From: Kiritimatiellia bacterium
GTDB lineage: Bacteria > Verrucomicrobiota > Kiritimatiellia > RFP12 > DVOR01
Length of the DNA stretch: 64,000 bases
NCBI GenBank assembly: GCA_017558005.1
Contig: JAFYWN010000023.1
Span: 1,159-65,158 of the forward strand
Reading direction: 5' to 3'
The notes under the pieces: model-generated
Databases searched by the model: none
Seen by the model: only the letters and a program-made list of their open reading frames with translations
What the model was told of the DNA's origin: nothing
In this document: positions 1 through 9,030 of the stretch, piece by piece
Layout of the letters: each line of letters opens with the position of its first letter
How positions within the stretch are numbered: the first letter of the stretch is position 1
Translations under genes and position numbers: made by a program

Positions 1-1
1 T

Positions 2-886
2 GGAGGGCAGACATTTCAGTATTGCTCAAGTTTGACCTCCGTAATATTCCCCGAAGGCATCACATTAATTGGGAATTATGCATTTGAGAATTGCTCAAGT
101 TTGACCTCCGTAACACTTCCTGAAAGTATCAGCTCCATTGGGAGTTATGTGTTTACGAATTGTACTAATTTAGCATTGATCCATTTTGAGGGCACACCTC
201 CGAGTGTTGGCGATGAAACTTTTTACAAAGTTTTTGCTACGGGGTCATACTTGCCTAAATACGCGGAAGCATGGGAGTCAGACTTAGATGTGAATGGCAA
301 GTGGAATGGATTGACAATGAGTCGTTTAACAATTAACACATTCTCAATGACACTCACAGTGGTTGGCAATGGCACGGCAACAGGAGCTGGTTATTATGCT
401 ACAGACGAAACGGTGACAGTAACCGCAATGCCTGCAGAAGGCTATGTCTTCTGTGGATGGAGTGAATCATCTGCGAAATCGGCAACATACACCTTTACGA
501 TGCCGGAGAAGCCCGTTGAAATCATCGCCTACTTCGCACCTAAAGCCGCAGTGGATACGTATGTAACTATGAACAACTTGATGATTAAAGAGGAGGCGGT
601 TCAGAGTGCTCTGGATGCTGATGAGGTCTTTACGGCAGATGAGATAAAGGAGATGGCATTTGGTTCACCAATTGTTGAAGCGAAGGAGGATGTGATTGAG
701 ATTGCTATTTCGCTTCAGACGGCAGAAACCTTAAATGCTTGGCAGGCCATGGCATTACAGGGCGCAACCTTGGAAATTGATGAAGCAAAGGGGCTGGTGC
801 GCGTAAAGGTGCCAAAGGGTGATCAGAAGGCCGCTTTCTATAAGTTTGTTATGCCCACTAAAGAAGAAGCACAAGAAAAGGAGTAA
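2..886 (+). CDS. BspA-type leucine-rich repeat surface protein with divergent InlB B-repeat, 5'-truncated by window edge
   Basis: LRR_5 repeats (LTSVTLPESISSIGSYVFTNC), GNGTATGAGYY...PAEGYVFCGW beta-repeat; frame open to window start. Confidence 0.8.
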   Translation, partial: GGQTFQYCSSLTSVIFPEGITLIGNYAFENCSSLTSVTLPESISSIGSYVFTNCTNLALIHFEGTPPSVGDETFYKVFATGSYLPKYAEAWESDLDVNGKWNGLTMSRLTINTFSMTLTVVGNGTATGAGYYATDETVTVTAMPAEGYVFCGWSESSAKSATYTFTMPEKPVEIIAYFAPKAAVDTYVTMNNLMIKEEAVQSALDADEVFTADEIKEMAFGSPIVEAKEDVIEIAISLQTAETLNAWQAMALQGATLEIDEAKGLVRVKVPKGDQKAAFYKFVMPTKEEAQEKE

Positions 887-906
887 GGGCTTCTTTTCCT
901 TCATCC

Positions 907-943
907 AACAGGCGTCAGGCATTCACGCTTGACGCTTGTTTTG
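907..943 (+). terminator. Intrinsic terminator
   Basis: AACAGGCGTCAGGC/GCTTGACGCTTGTT hairpin followed by T-run just after the stop. Confidence 0.6.
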
Positions 944-1128
944 CTTTTAGTGCGTGCAGACATGCGTCCAATAGGTCTTATTCCTTCACCCTTCCTACTA
1001 CTCCTTAACGTTTTTAACGGCTTTAAAACGTAACAGGCCCAAATGGTGCCGTCTAAAGTTTGTACTCCGTCAGAGGATTTGTGGTATCATTTGGACAAGA
1101 GTCTACGGTTATAAATAGCGTCAATGAA

Positions 1129-2052
1129 ATGGAACAGGTCTGGTATATCCCTGGGTGGCTGAGGAGTCAGAAGCCGATTAAGTCAATTATGCGTGTGGCT
1201 CAGCAGACCTTTCCACAGACACAGATTTGCTTTAAGGCGTGGGACGGGGAGAGTTATGTGTGGTCTTTGGCGCTTTCCAATGCGGAGAAGGAGGCGTGGA
1301 GAATCGCATTTGAAATCGCGGTCATGCCAGAAACGCAACGGCGCCACTTGACGCTTATTGGGCATTCGCTTGGGGCTCGCATGATTATTCGGGTCTTGGC
1401 CCTTTTGGCGGAACAGCATTTACAGATTCGGCAAGCGATTTTAATGGGGGCAGCACTGCCTGCGGACGATCCGGACTTTGCCAAAATTGGAAAGGGAAGT
1501 GAGCTCCCCATCTTGGCTATCTGCAACCCTAAGGATGTGGTATTGCGTTACATTTATGCCGAGGCTGGGGGTGAACGAGATGTGGCCTTTGGCGCAAATG
1601 GGTCGTTGCACCCACACGATAATTTAGTGGAGTATGTTTTACCTGCCACCATTACACGCGAAGTGGAGGTGTCGGCGCTCTGGGCAAAAATCGCCTTTGT
1701 GAAGCTTTTGGCGAATCATCATGAGCTCTTTTACTTCAATTATCTGAAACAGTTGCGCAATCACGAGACGCCGCCACATGAGATTATGGTGCCCCAAAGT
1801 TTCCCAACGCTTCAGCAACGCGTCTTAGACCGCGAGGTTTGGTGGCGTGTTTTAATTGAGGATGCGGAGTGGAAATTAGAAAAGCACATTCTCACAGGCC
1901 ATTGCCGTATTCTCAATCCACAAAAGGTGCGCACGGCATGGGGTTGGGAACGAAAGATGCGGTTGGCATTTGATAAGGTCATCCGTCAGGTGCGATTGCA
2001 GGAAACGCAGCAAGCCGGACCAAAAGAAGATCCCTCGCCCCTCTCTTCGTAA
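1129..2052 (+). CDS. Alpha/beta-hydrolase fold protein (DUF726-like)
   Basis: LIGHSLGAR nucleophile elbow, ILMGAA, DVVL, C-terminal His; ATG at 1129 preferred to TTG at 1060. Confidence 0.7.
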   Translation: MEQVWYIPGWLRSQKPIKSIMRVAQQTFPQTQICFKAWDGESYVWSLALSNAEKEAWRIAFEIAVMPETQRRHLTLIGHSLGARMIIRVLALLAEQHLQIRQAILMGAALPADDPDFAKIGKGSELPILAICNPKDVVLRYIYAEAGGERDVAFGANGSLHPHDNLVEYVLPATITREVEVSALWAKIAFVKLLANHHELFYFNYLKQLRNHETPPHEIMVPQSFPTLQQRVLDREVWWRVLIEDAEWKLEKHILTGHCRILNPQKVRTAWGWERKMRLAFDKVIRQVRLQETQQAGPKEDPSPLSS

Positions 2053-2209
2053 TCCATGGAATCACTTGGCGTGCGGCACATTCACTCCGTGACGCCACCC
2101 ACGAAACGCAGAACACCTCACGCACGATTCGTTAGTTAAAAAAACTATTGTCTTCAGTCTCTGAAGTATGCGATAATTCAATTGACTTCATTCTTGATAG
2201 AGTGAAGAT

Positions 2210-2347
2210 GCGCAGTGGTAGTTTTAGTCTCCGAGTATTGATTACCGCTCGCTGTGGGTTTACGATCGGAGTTGCGTCTACTCCCTGTTCCGTTGGCCTC
2301 GATGCCAATCGCTTCAGCGCTATCTACGCAGATGGCGCTGATTTTTT
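2210..2347 (+). ncRNA. Candidate structured small RNA ending in an intrinsic terminator
   Basis: Consecutive hairpins, then TCAGCGCTATCT/AGATGGCGCTGA + TTTTTT; TTGACT at 2182. Confidence 0.35.
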
Positions 2348-2460
2348 ATTTATTCAACTGAGATTTAAGAAAGCAAACTTGAGGTTAAAAAAATTAGCCT
2401 TGCGTTATACCATCCTTCGCTGAGTCGATCTAAATGCAGGTGACAAGAAGATGCTTTTTA

Positions 2461-2490
2461 TTGCACCGAAATCGTTTATTGTGGTAAAAT
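2461..2490 (+). promoter_or_regulatory. Sigma70-like promoter of vor operon
   Basis: TTGCAC ... TGGTAAAAT (extended -10). Confidence 0.5.
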
Positions 2491-2555
2491 GTAATTAGCA
2501 ATTGGGGATGCTTTGTCGGCATCGCATCCTTACGCTTAACCGAAAGGAGAAAAGC

Positions 2556-2807
2556 GTGGAACAGCAGTTTGATTTACCGTTTCCGCGGATTGAACCGGAT
2601 AGTTGCAAGAGTTGCGGACGGTGTGTAGCGGCATGCCCGAAGGGGTGCCTCGAAATCTCTGAAACGTACAATCGCTTTGGCGTCAAAGCGGTGCAGTACA
2701 AGGGAAATGGGTGCATCGGGTGTGGAATGTGCTTCTATAATTGCCCCGAACCCTATGCGATCCATATCGAAAAGCAAGACCCGACTCCGAAAGGCGGTGC
2801 GCAATGA
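2556..2807 (+). CDS. 2[4Fe-4S] delta subunit of 2-oxoacid:ferredoxin oxidoreductase
   Basis: CKSCGRCVAACP and CIGCGMCFYNCPE; AGGAG RBS before GTG; overlaps the alpha subunit start. Confidence 0.9.
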   Translation: MEQQFDLPFPRIEPDSCKSCGRCVAACPKGCLEISETYNRFGVKAVQYKGNGCIGCGMCFYNCPEPYAIHIEKQDPTPKGGAQ

Positions 2808-3856
2808 CAAAGTTCGTAAAGGGCAATGAAGCCGTTGTCATCGGTGCACTTTATGCTGGTGCAGAGGGCTATTTCGGTTATCCAATTACACCTGCTTCAG
2901 AAGTGGCACACAAGGCGGCGGAATATTTTCCTGCCGCAGGTCGTGTCTTTGTGCAGGGTGAGAGTGAAGATGCCGTCGCCTACATGCTTTATGGTGCAGC
3001 GGCGGCAGGGTGTCGCGCTTTAACGGCGACCTCTGGCCCTGGGTTCTCTCTGATGCAGGAAGCCATCTCCTACATGGCCGCCACCGATATTCCCACGGTG
3101 ATTGTGGATGTGATGCGCGCAGGCCCTGGGCTTGGCAACGTCTATCCTGAACAGGCCGACTACAATCAGGTGGTCAAGGGCGGCGGTCACGGCAGTTACC
3201 GTTGCCTCGTGCTTGCGCCCGGCAATGTGCAGGAGATGTGCGATCTCACCATCCTTGCCTTCGAAAAGGCCTTTGAATATCGCACCCCTGCGATTGTGCT
3301 CTCTGATGGTCAGCTCGGACAGATGATGGAACCGCTCCGCTTGCCGAAGGAAGAGGCGAAGCCAGTGGATACCACCGCATGGGCCGTCCAGGGCACACCC
3401 GAAACTCGCAAAAATCTCCTCACCTCCATTTACCTTGATGCTCCAGCGCAGGAACGCATGAATGTGAAGCTCCAGCGCAAGTATGCCAAAATGGACAAGG
3501 AGTTCCAACGCGCCGAATGCTACCAGTGCGATGACGCAGATGTGGTGTTGCTCGCGTATGGCTCAAGTAGCCGTAATGCCCGCACGGTGGTGGATATGCT
3601 CCGCGCAGAGGGCATTAAGGTGGGTCTCTTCCGACCGATTACGCTCTCCCCCTTCCCGATTAATGCCTTGCGCCCCTTGGCGAAGAAGCGCCTCTTCACG
3701 GTAGAGATGAGCGCGGGCCAATTCCGCGACGATGTGATGTTGCACCTGGCTCGTGAAGGTCTCTTACCGCCTGAAGGCGTGGGTCTCATCAATCGCATGG
3801 GTGGCATGTTGATTCCTGTCCAGGATATTGTCCGCGCAGTGAAAGGAGCACTGTAA
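2804..3856 (+). CDS. vorB: 2-oxoacid:ferredoxin oxidoreductase alpha subunit (VorB-like)
   Basis: KGNEA...GYPITPASE, TATSGPGFSLMQE, MRAGPGLG motifs. Confidence 0.9.
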   Translation: MTKFVKGNEAVVIGALYAGAEGYFGYPITPASEVAHKAAEYFPAAGRVFVQGESEDAVAYMLYGAAAAGCRALTATSGPGFSLMQEAISYMAATDIPTVIVDVMRAGPGLGNVYPEQADYNQVVKGGGHGSYRCLVLAPGNVQEMCDLTILAFEKAFEYRTPAIVLSDGQLGQMMEPLRLPKEEAKPVDTTAWAVQGTPETRKNLLTSIYLDAPAQERMNVKLQRKYAKMDKEFQRAECYQCDDADVVLLAYGSSSRNARTVVDMLRAEGIKVGLFRPITLSPFPINALRPLAKKRLFTVEMSAGQFRDDVMLHLAREGLLPPEGVGLINRMGGMLIPVQDIVRAVKGAL

Positions 3857-5277
3857 TGGCGACGCTTGAAACCAAAGGCATGTTTGATGTCTTCACGCGC
3901 TCGGGCTCCGAGAATCGCGTTACACACTATTGCGCAGGTTGCGGCCATGGCATCGTGCATAAGTTGCTCTCCGAGGCCTATGTTGACCTCGGCCTGCAGG
4001 ATAAAACGGTGATTGTGAACCCCATCGGCTGCGGCGTCTTCGGTTACTACTACTGGGACGTGGGCAATGTTAGCGCCGGCCACGGCCAAGCACCCTCCAT
4101 GGCCTCTGCCATTAGCCGCCTAAAGGACAAGGCCATCGTAATCTCCTACCAGGGCGATGGTGACTTAGCGGCAATTGGCTTGGGGCACACCTTGCAGGCA
4201 GCTGCACGTGGCGAACACATGGCCGTCTTCTTCATCAACAACTCCATTTACGGCATGACGGGCGGCCAGATGGCACCAACGACCCTGATTGGCCAAAAGA
4301 CCGCCACCTCGCCCTTAGGCAGAAATCCCGCCACTGACGGCATGCCGCTTCACATGGCTGAACTCATCAACCAGTTGGATCTGCCCGTCTACATTGAGCG
4401 CGTGTCAGTGGCTGACACCAAGCGCATCATGAAGGCGCGCCAAGCAATCCGTAAGGCATTGGAGATTCAGCGCGACCGCAAGGGTTACACCTTCGTGGAA
4501 ATCCTCTCGCCCTGCCCCACCTCTATGCGCGGGACGCCACTGGACGCGGCCAAGTTTGTCATTGAAAAGCTTGAAAAGGAATATCCGCTCGGTTGCTTAC
4601 GTGACCGTTCGGCAGAGGCACCTGTGCGCCCCGAACCCGCGAAGTGGGTCAAGCTCTCCGAATTCTTCGGCGATGATGGTTCCGAAGACCCCAAGTGCGA
4701 AACGTGTGACGACAAGGAACGTCGTTTCAAATTCACTGGCTTCGGCGGTCAGGGCATTTTGAGTTTAGGCTTGGTCGTGGCAGATGCGGCACGTGCAATG
4801 GGCTTGGAAACCACCTGGTTGCCTAGTTATGGTCCCGAACAGCGCGGTGGCGATGCGGCGTGTACCGTGGTCACCTCTACGCGTACCATCGGCGCTCCTG
4901 CCGTGGAAAATCCCGAATTGCTCGTGGTGATGAACCAGGCTGCTTGCAATAAACACCTCAAGACGGTGAAAGCGGGCGGCCTTGCACTCATTGACTCCAC
5001 GGTCAATCTGCCGAAGGAACTCCCTCCCGATGTGCGCATCGTGAAGATTCCCGCAATTGAAATTGCGTTAGCCAATGGCGTACCGAAGGCCGCCAACGTC
5101 GCCATTCTCGGCGGCTTGATTGCGTTGGACGCGCTCAATATCCCTGGGCACCTGCTCATTGAAGCGCTGGAACGCTCCTTCGCCAAGAAGCCTGCGTTGA
5201 TTGAAACCAATCGTAAAGTGCTCCAGGCGGCGATGGACTATTGCCGTCACCACGGACTCACAGGCGAGTTACCATAA
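3856..5277 (+). CDS. vorA: 2-oxoacid:ferredoxin oxidoreductase fused beta-gamma subunit (VorA-like)
   Basis: YCAGCGHG, QGDGD TPP motif, YGMTGGQMAPTT, then GFGGQG and PSYGPEQRGG gamma domain. Confidence 0.88.
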   Translation: MATLETKGMFDVFTRSGSENRVTHYCAGCGHGIVHKLLSEAYVDLGLQDKTVIVNPIGCGVFGYYYWDVGNVSAGHGQAPSMASAISRLKDKAIVISYQGDGDLAAIGLGHTLQAAARGEHMAVFFINNSIYGMTGGQMAPTTLIGQKTATSPLGRNPATDGMPLHMAELINQLDLPVYIERVSVADTKRIMKARQAIRKALEIQRDRKGYTFVEILSPCPTSMRGTPLDAAKFVIEKLEKEYPLGCLRDRSAEAPVRPEPAKWVKLSEFFGDDGSEDPKCETCDDKERRFKFTGFGGQGILSLGLVVADAARAMGLETTWLPSYGPEQRGGDAACTVVTSTRTIGAPAVENPELLVVMNQAACNKHLKTVKAGGLALIDSTVNLPKELPPDVRIVKIPAIEIALANGVPKAANVAILGGLIALDALNIPGHLLIEALERSFAKKPALIETNRKVLQAAMDYCRHHGLTGELP

Positions 5278-5321
5278 GCCTCGCCATCCCTTCTTTAACC
5301 CTCGTTGAATTGGAAAAAATT

Positions 5322-5999
5322 ATGTTAAACATTGTTCAGGAAATTGACAACCGCGTGGCCATGAAGCATGTGCTCATTAGCGTCTCCGATAAGACAGGCC
5401 TTGACACCTTTATCCCCGCTCTGCTCGCTGCCTGCCCTGGCGTGACGCTCTACTCCACGGGCGGCACCTACAATGCCATCAAGAACATGCTCACCCCCGA
5501 ACAGCAGTCGCAGCTCGTCGCCGTCTCCGACTACACGGGCCAACCCGAAATGCAGGGCGGCCTCGTGAAGACGCTCGACTTCAAGATTTACCTCGGCATC
5601 CTCTCCGAAACTTACAACGATGCCCACCAGGCCGACATCAAGCGTTTGGACGCCGTTCCTCTCGACATGGTGGTGGTGAATCTCTATCCCTTCAAGAACA
5701 CCGTGGCCATGCCAGGTGTCACACCCGAACAGGCTCGCACGAACATTGACATCGGCGGCCCCTGCATGGTGCGCGCCTCTGCTAAGAACTACCTGCGCGT
5801 GGCTTCTGTCACCGATCCGCAGGACTACGCCAAGCTCACCGATGAGCTTGCCGCTTGCGAAGGCACCCTCTCCCTCGAAACGCGTTTCTACCTCATGAAG
5901 AAGTCCTTCGCGCACACCGCCGACTACGATACCGCGATCGCCTCCTACTTCGCCAAGGTCCCCTTCGAGACGGTCAACAACACCTACAACAAGCACTAA
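5322..5999 (+). CDS. purH: IMP cyclohydrolase (stand-alone N-terminal PurH domain)
   Basis: LISVSDKTG, STGGT, TGQPEMQGGLVKTL, VVNLYPF, NIDIGGP, AHTADYDTAI; no AICAR transformylase domain. Confidence 0.85.
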   Translation: MLNIVQEIDNRVAMKHVLISVSDKTGLDTFIPALLAACPGVTLYSTGGTYNAIKNMLTPEQQSQLVAVSDYTGQPEMQGGLVKTLDFKIYLGILSETYNDAHQADIKRLDAVPLDMVVVNLYPFKNTVAMPGVTPEQARTNIDIGGPCMVRASAKNYLRVASVTDPQDYAKLTDELAACEGTLSLETRFYLMKKSFAHTADYDTAIASYFAKVPFETVNNTYNKH

Positions 6000-6016
6000 G
6001 ACCGAGTCGCACGCCG

Positions 6017-6055
6017 CGCCTCTGCTCCCACAGGGGCGGAGGCGTTTCGTTTTTT
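6017..6055 (+). terminator. Intrinsic terminator
   Basis: CGCCTCTGCTCC/GGGGCGGAGGCG hairpin + T-rich tail. Confidence 0.7.
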
Positions 6056-6093
6056 AGGCGCACTGCACTTTAACCACGCGAAGGGGTTTCCCG

Positions 6094-6951
6094 ATGATTG
6101 ACCTCCACACGCACTCCACCGCGAGCGATGGCAGCCTTACCCCCACCGAACTTGCCCGTGCAGGAAAGGCAGCGGGGCTGACCGTTATGGCGCTCACCGA
6201 CCACGATTGCGCGAAGGGCTTGGATGAATTCCTTTCTGAAACGGAGCAGATTGGCATCCGCGGAGTGCCAGGAATTGAGCTCTCTGCCGAGGTACCAAGC
6301 GGTCAACTGCATTTGGTGGGGCTCGGCTTTAATCATCAAGATCCTCGCCTACGCGCCGCCTTTGAACAGATGTTGGGCGGTAGAGATGCACGCAATCACG
6401 CCATGCTCGCCGCCTTTCAAGAAAACGGCATTGACCTCACCTATGAAGAGGTGGCGCAATATGCGGGCGATGAACTCGTTAGCCGCGTACACTTTGCGCA
6501 AGCATTGATTCGCCGAGGCCTCGTCAAAGATCTTGCGGAGGCCTTTGAGCGTTATCTCGGGAAGGGCGCGCTGTGTTATCGCGATCGCTTCCGTTATAGC
6601 CCTGCAGAGTGCGTGAAGCTCATTCGAGAAGCGGGTGGCATTGTCATCATGGCTCACCCGCTTAGCCTGGAAAAGGATCTCTCCGCGCTTGAACCGCGCA
6701 TTGCCGAACTCCGCAACGCAGGCATCTGCGGCATGGAGTGTTTCTACTCTGCTTACGACACCGAGACCACGGTTGCCCTCCTGCGCATCGCCAAACGGCT
6801 CAATCTCACTCCCTCGGTCGGCAGTGACTTCCACGGCACCCCCAAACCTACCGTTTTCCTTGGCAAACTTCCTGTGAGCACCGAAATCAAAGACGGGCTA
6901 TTTCGGTTGCTCAATGCCACCCACGCCTTTTCTAACCGCCCCCTTTATTAA
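6094..6951 (+). CDS. PHP-domain phosphoesterase (TrpH/YciV-like)
   Basis: DLHTHSTASDG, ALTDHD, GIELS, MAHP, GSDFHG. Confidence 0.9.
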   Translation: MIDLHTHSTASDGSLTPTELARAGKAAGLTVMALTDHDCAKGLDEFLSETEQIGIRGVPGIELSAEVPSGQLHLVGLGFNHQDPRLRAAFEQMLGGRDARNHAMLAAFQENGIDLTYEEVAQYAGDELVSRVHFAQALIRRGLVKDLAEAFERYLGKGALCYRDRFRYSPAECVKLIREAGGIVIMAHPLSLEKDLSALEPRIAELRNAGICGMECFYSAYDTETTVALLRIAKRLNLTPSVGSDFHGTPKPTVFLGKLPVSTEIKDGLFRLLNATHAFSNRPLY

Positions 6952-6976
6952 ATCTACCCAACCGAAAGTCTCCCCC

Positions 6977-7513
6977 ATGAGCAAGAAGATTCTCGTTATC
7001 TCTGGCAGCCCCCGTAAAAGCGCCAACTCCGAAACCCTCTGTAACCGTTTTGTCTCTGGTGCACGCGAAGCGGGACACTACGTAGAAAAATTCTCCCTCG
7101 CCGGCAAACAAATCGCACCCTGCCGTGCTTGCTATGCGTGCCGTTCTGGCTTCTGCCCCCAACAAGATGGCGCGCGTGGCATGATTGAAAAGATGCTTGA
7201 AGCCGACATCATCGTCTTGAGCACGCCCGTTTACTTCTACACCATGTGCGCCCAATTAAAGGCCCTCATTGATCGCAGTGTCATGGTCTACCCGCGCATC
7301 AAAAACAAAGCCTTCTACTACATCATGACCATGGCTGATGATGACCCTGCCAACTTCAAGGGCACCATTGAAGCCTTGCGTGGCTTTGTGGCTTGTTGCG
7401 AGGGCTCCACTGAAAATGGTATGCTCTGCGTCCCTGGTGTCTATGAACGCGGTGAAATCCAAAAACACCCCGAAGCCCTTCAAAAGGCCTACGAGCTCGG
7501 TCTCCATTGCTAA
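6977..7513 (+). CDS. Iron-sulfur flavoprotein / flavodoxin family protein
   Basis: ISGSPRK, CRACYAC...CPQQD, STPVYFY, KALIDR. Confidence 0.88.
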   Translation: MSKKILVISGSPRKSANSETLCNRFVSGAREAGHYVEKFSLAGKQIAPCRACYACRSGFCPQQDGARGMIEKMLEADIIVLSTPVYFYTMCAQLKALIDRSVMVYPRIKNKAFYYIMTMADDDPANFKGTIEALRGFVACCEGSTENGMLCVPGVYERGEIQKHPEALQKAYELGLHC

Positions 7514-7636
7514 GGAGACTCGCTCAACCGTGTAGCGCATCGAAAGAGCCCCCTCACGAAGACCCATTACGCTGCCGTTCGTGGAGACATTGGCCGCCTT
7601 ACAATCAAAAGAGCCCCCACACGAAGACCCAGTAAC
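7514..7636 (+). repeat. Tandem duplicated motif in marC leader (possible tandem aptamer)
   Basis: 28-nt repeat at 7539-7566 and 7604-7631 (2 mismatches), each preceded by GGAGAC and a variable hairpin. Confidence 0.6.
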
Positions 7637-7651
7637 ACTGGAGCACACAGT

Positions 7652-8248
7652 ATGGACTTTACCTTCATCTATTCCACCGCGATGTTGTTGCTCATGTTGA
7701 CCGACCCGTTCGGCAATTTACCGGTCTTCTTGGCAACGCTAAAGCATGTCCCCAAACATCGCCACCTCAAAATCATCTTCCGAGAAGTCTGTATCGCCTT
7801 AGTCGCGATGCTCTTGGCGCTCACCTTCGGTCACTCCTTCTTTGGGTTGCTACAGATTGAAGGGGGCACGTTAGCTATCGCAGGGGGACTCATCTTGCTC
7901 TTAACGGGCATTAAGATGGTCTTTGCCACGTTGGCTGAAACGAAGGAAGAAACGAAAGAAGAGCCCTTCATCGTGCCGATGGCCATCCCACTCATCTGCG
8001 GCCCTGGGGTGATTGCCATTCTTTCCACACTCTGTGGTAGCATCCCGCAAGCGACCTACCTCAATTGCCTCTGCGCCTTGCTCCTCACTTGGGTAATTCA
8101 AAGCATTATTCTCTGCGCGGGCCACCGCATCGCGCGCCGTTTAGACCGTCGCGTACTCAATGCCATTGAGTCCCTCATGGGGCTTCTTCTCGTCTGCCTT
8201 GCCGTCGGCCTTCTCCTCCGAGGCATCAACCAGACCTACGGGTTATAA
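7652..8248 (+). CDS. MarC family membrane protein
   Basis: DPFGNLPVF, IAGGLILL, IVPMAIPLICGPG, MGLLL motifs. Confidence 0.9.
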   Translation: MDFTFIYSTAMLLLMLTDPFGNLPVFLATLKHVPKHRHLKIIFREVCIALVAMLLALTFGHSFFGLLQIEGGTLAIAGGLILLLTGIKMVFATLAETKEETKEEPFIVPMAIPLICGPGVIAILSTLCGSIPQATYLNCLCALLLTWVIQSIILCAGHRIARRLDRRVLNAIESLMGLLLVCLAVGLLLRGINQTYGL

Positions 8249-8325
8249 GCGCCCCCTTTTGGCGCTTCTTCAATCTCCCCACGCCCACACTTAAAATCCG
8301 CACCTTGACGTTTGCCGTACAATAC

Positions 8326-8359
8326 AAAAAAGAGACCGAGCACCTCGGTCTCTTTTTTT
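8326..8359. terminator. Bidirectional intrinsic terminator between convergent genes
   Basis: A-run AGAGACCGAG/CTCGGTCTCT T-run. Confidence 0.85.
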
Positions 8360-8388
8360 GTATTTCTGCGAAGAGAGGGGCACATGGG

Positions 8389-8826
8389 TTAAGCGAAGAT
8401 GAGCGTAAACACCATCGCCGCAATCGCCACCACTTCAATCAGAAACAACCCCAATAACCGCAGGGGCAGCTTTGCCGAAATTACCGCAAGCGTATCGGTC
8501 TCGGATGCTTTCGCAAAGCGCGAAGCGAGCAATCCCTGTACGATGGCCACCACCGCAAAGAGCACGCCTGTCACCATCATCACATTGGGAGAGACCTCTG
8601 CCTTCTGCGCAACGCCAATACTCACAATCACTGCATAAAACATCTTGACGACAGGCGTACAGAGAAAAATGAAGCCACCGAAAAGAACAGACAAGATCAC
8701 ATTTGCGCCATCCTGCTCATTTTTCTTCGCTTGTAACAAACGAATCGCTTCAAGGGTTGCCGCCAACATACCGATGAAAACGCCACCGCCCGTCAAGAGC
8801 AACAACATTGAAATCGGGTTATCCAT
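8389..8826 (-). CDS. Four-TM protein, divergent paralog of V-type ATPase subunit K (proteolipid)
   Basis: Aligns by eye to 54984-55442: PVVKMFY/PITQTLY, AIVQG/AIFQG, EVVAIAAMVFTLI/ETTAIFVMVFTLI; GGAGG RBS. Confidence 0.7.
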   Translation of the reverse strand: MDNPISMLLLLTGGGVFIGMLAATLEAIRLLQAKKNEQDGANVILSVLFGGFIFLCTPVVKMFYAVIVSIGVAQKAEVSPNVMMVTGVLFAVVAIVQGLLASRFAKASETDTLAVISAKLPLRLLGLFLIEVVAIAAMVFTLIFA

Positions 8827-8985
8827 ACTTTACCTCCAATTTATTTCAAAACAAACGCGAAAACGCAGAAAATGCAACGACTAACAGAGCGCCGATTAAA
8901 GGCACCAAAACGCAGGTCTAAGGTTAGAAGAAAAACCGTTCTTGGCGAAGGCTGACCACCCTACGAACAAACACGGGGCTAAAGC

Positions 8986-9026
8986 GAAAAGAAAACCCTC
9001 ACACGCTAAGTAAGGGTGTGAGGGTT
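8986..9026 (-). terminator. Intrinsic terminator after helicase gene
   Basis: AACCCTCACAC/GTGTGAGGGTT hairpin, T-tract on minus strand. Confidence 0.65.
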
Positions 9027-9030
9027 CGTC

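Noticed and set aside
2148-2423. 91-aa ORF upstream of vor
   Set aside because: No RBS, and it runs through a strong terminator; treated as a possible ncRNA instead
7539-7631. Mini-CRISPR array (28-bp repeats, 65-bp period)
   Set aside because: Only two units, no cas genes or AT-rich leader; similarity extends into a GGAGAC-hairpin structure more like a cis-regulatory RNA
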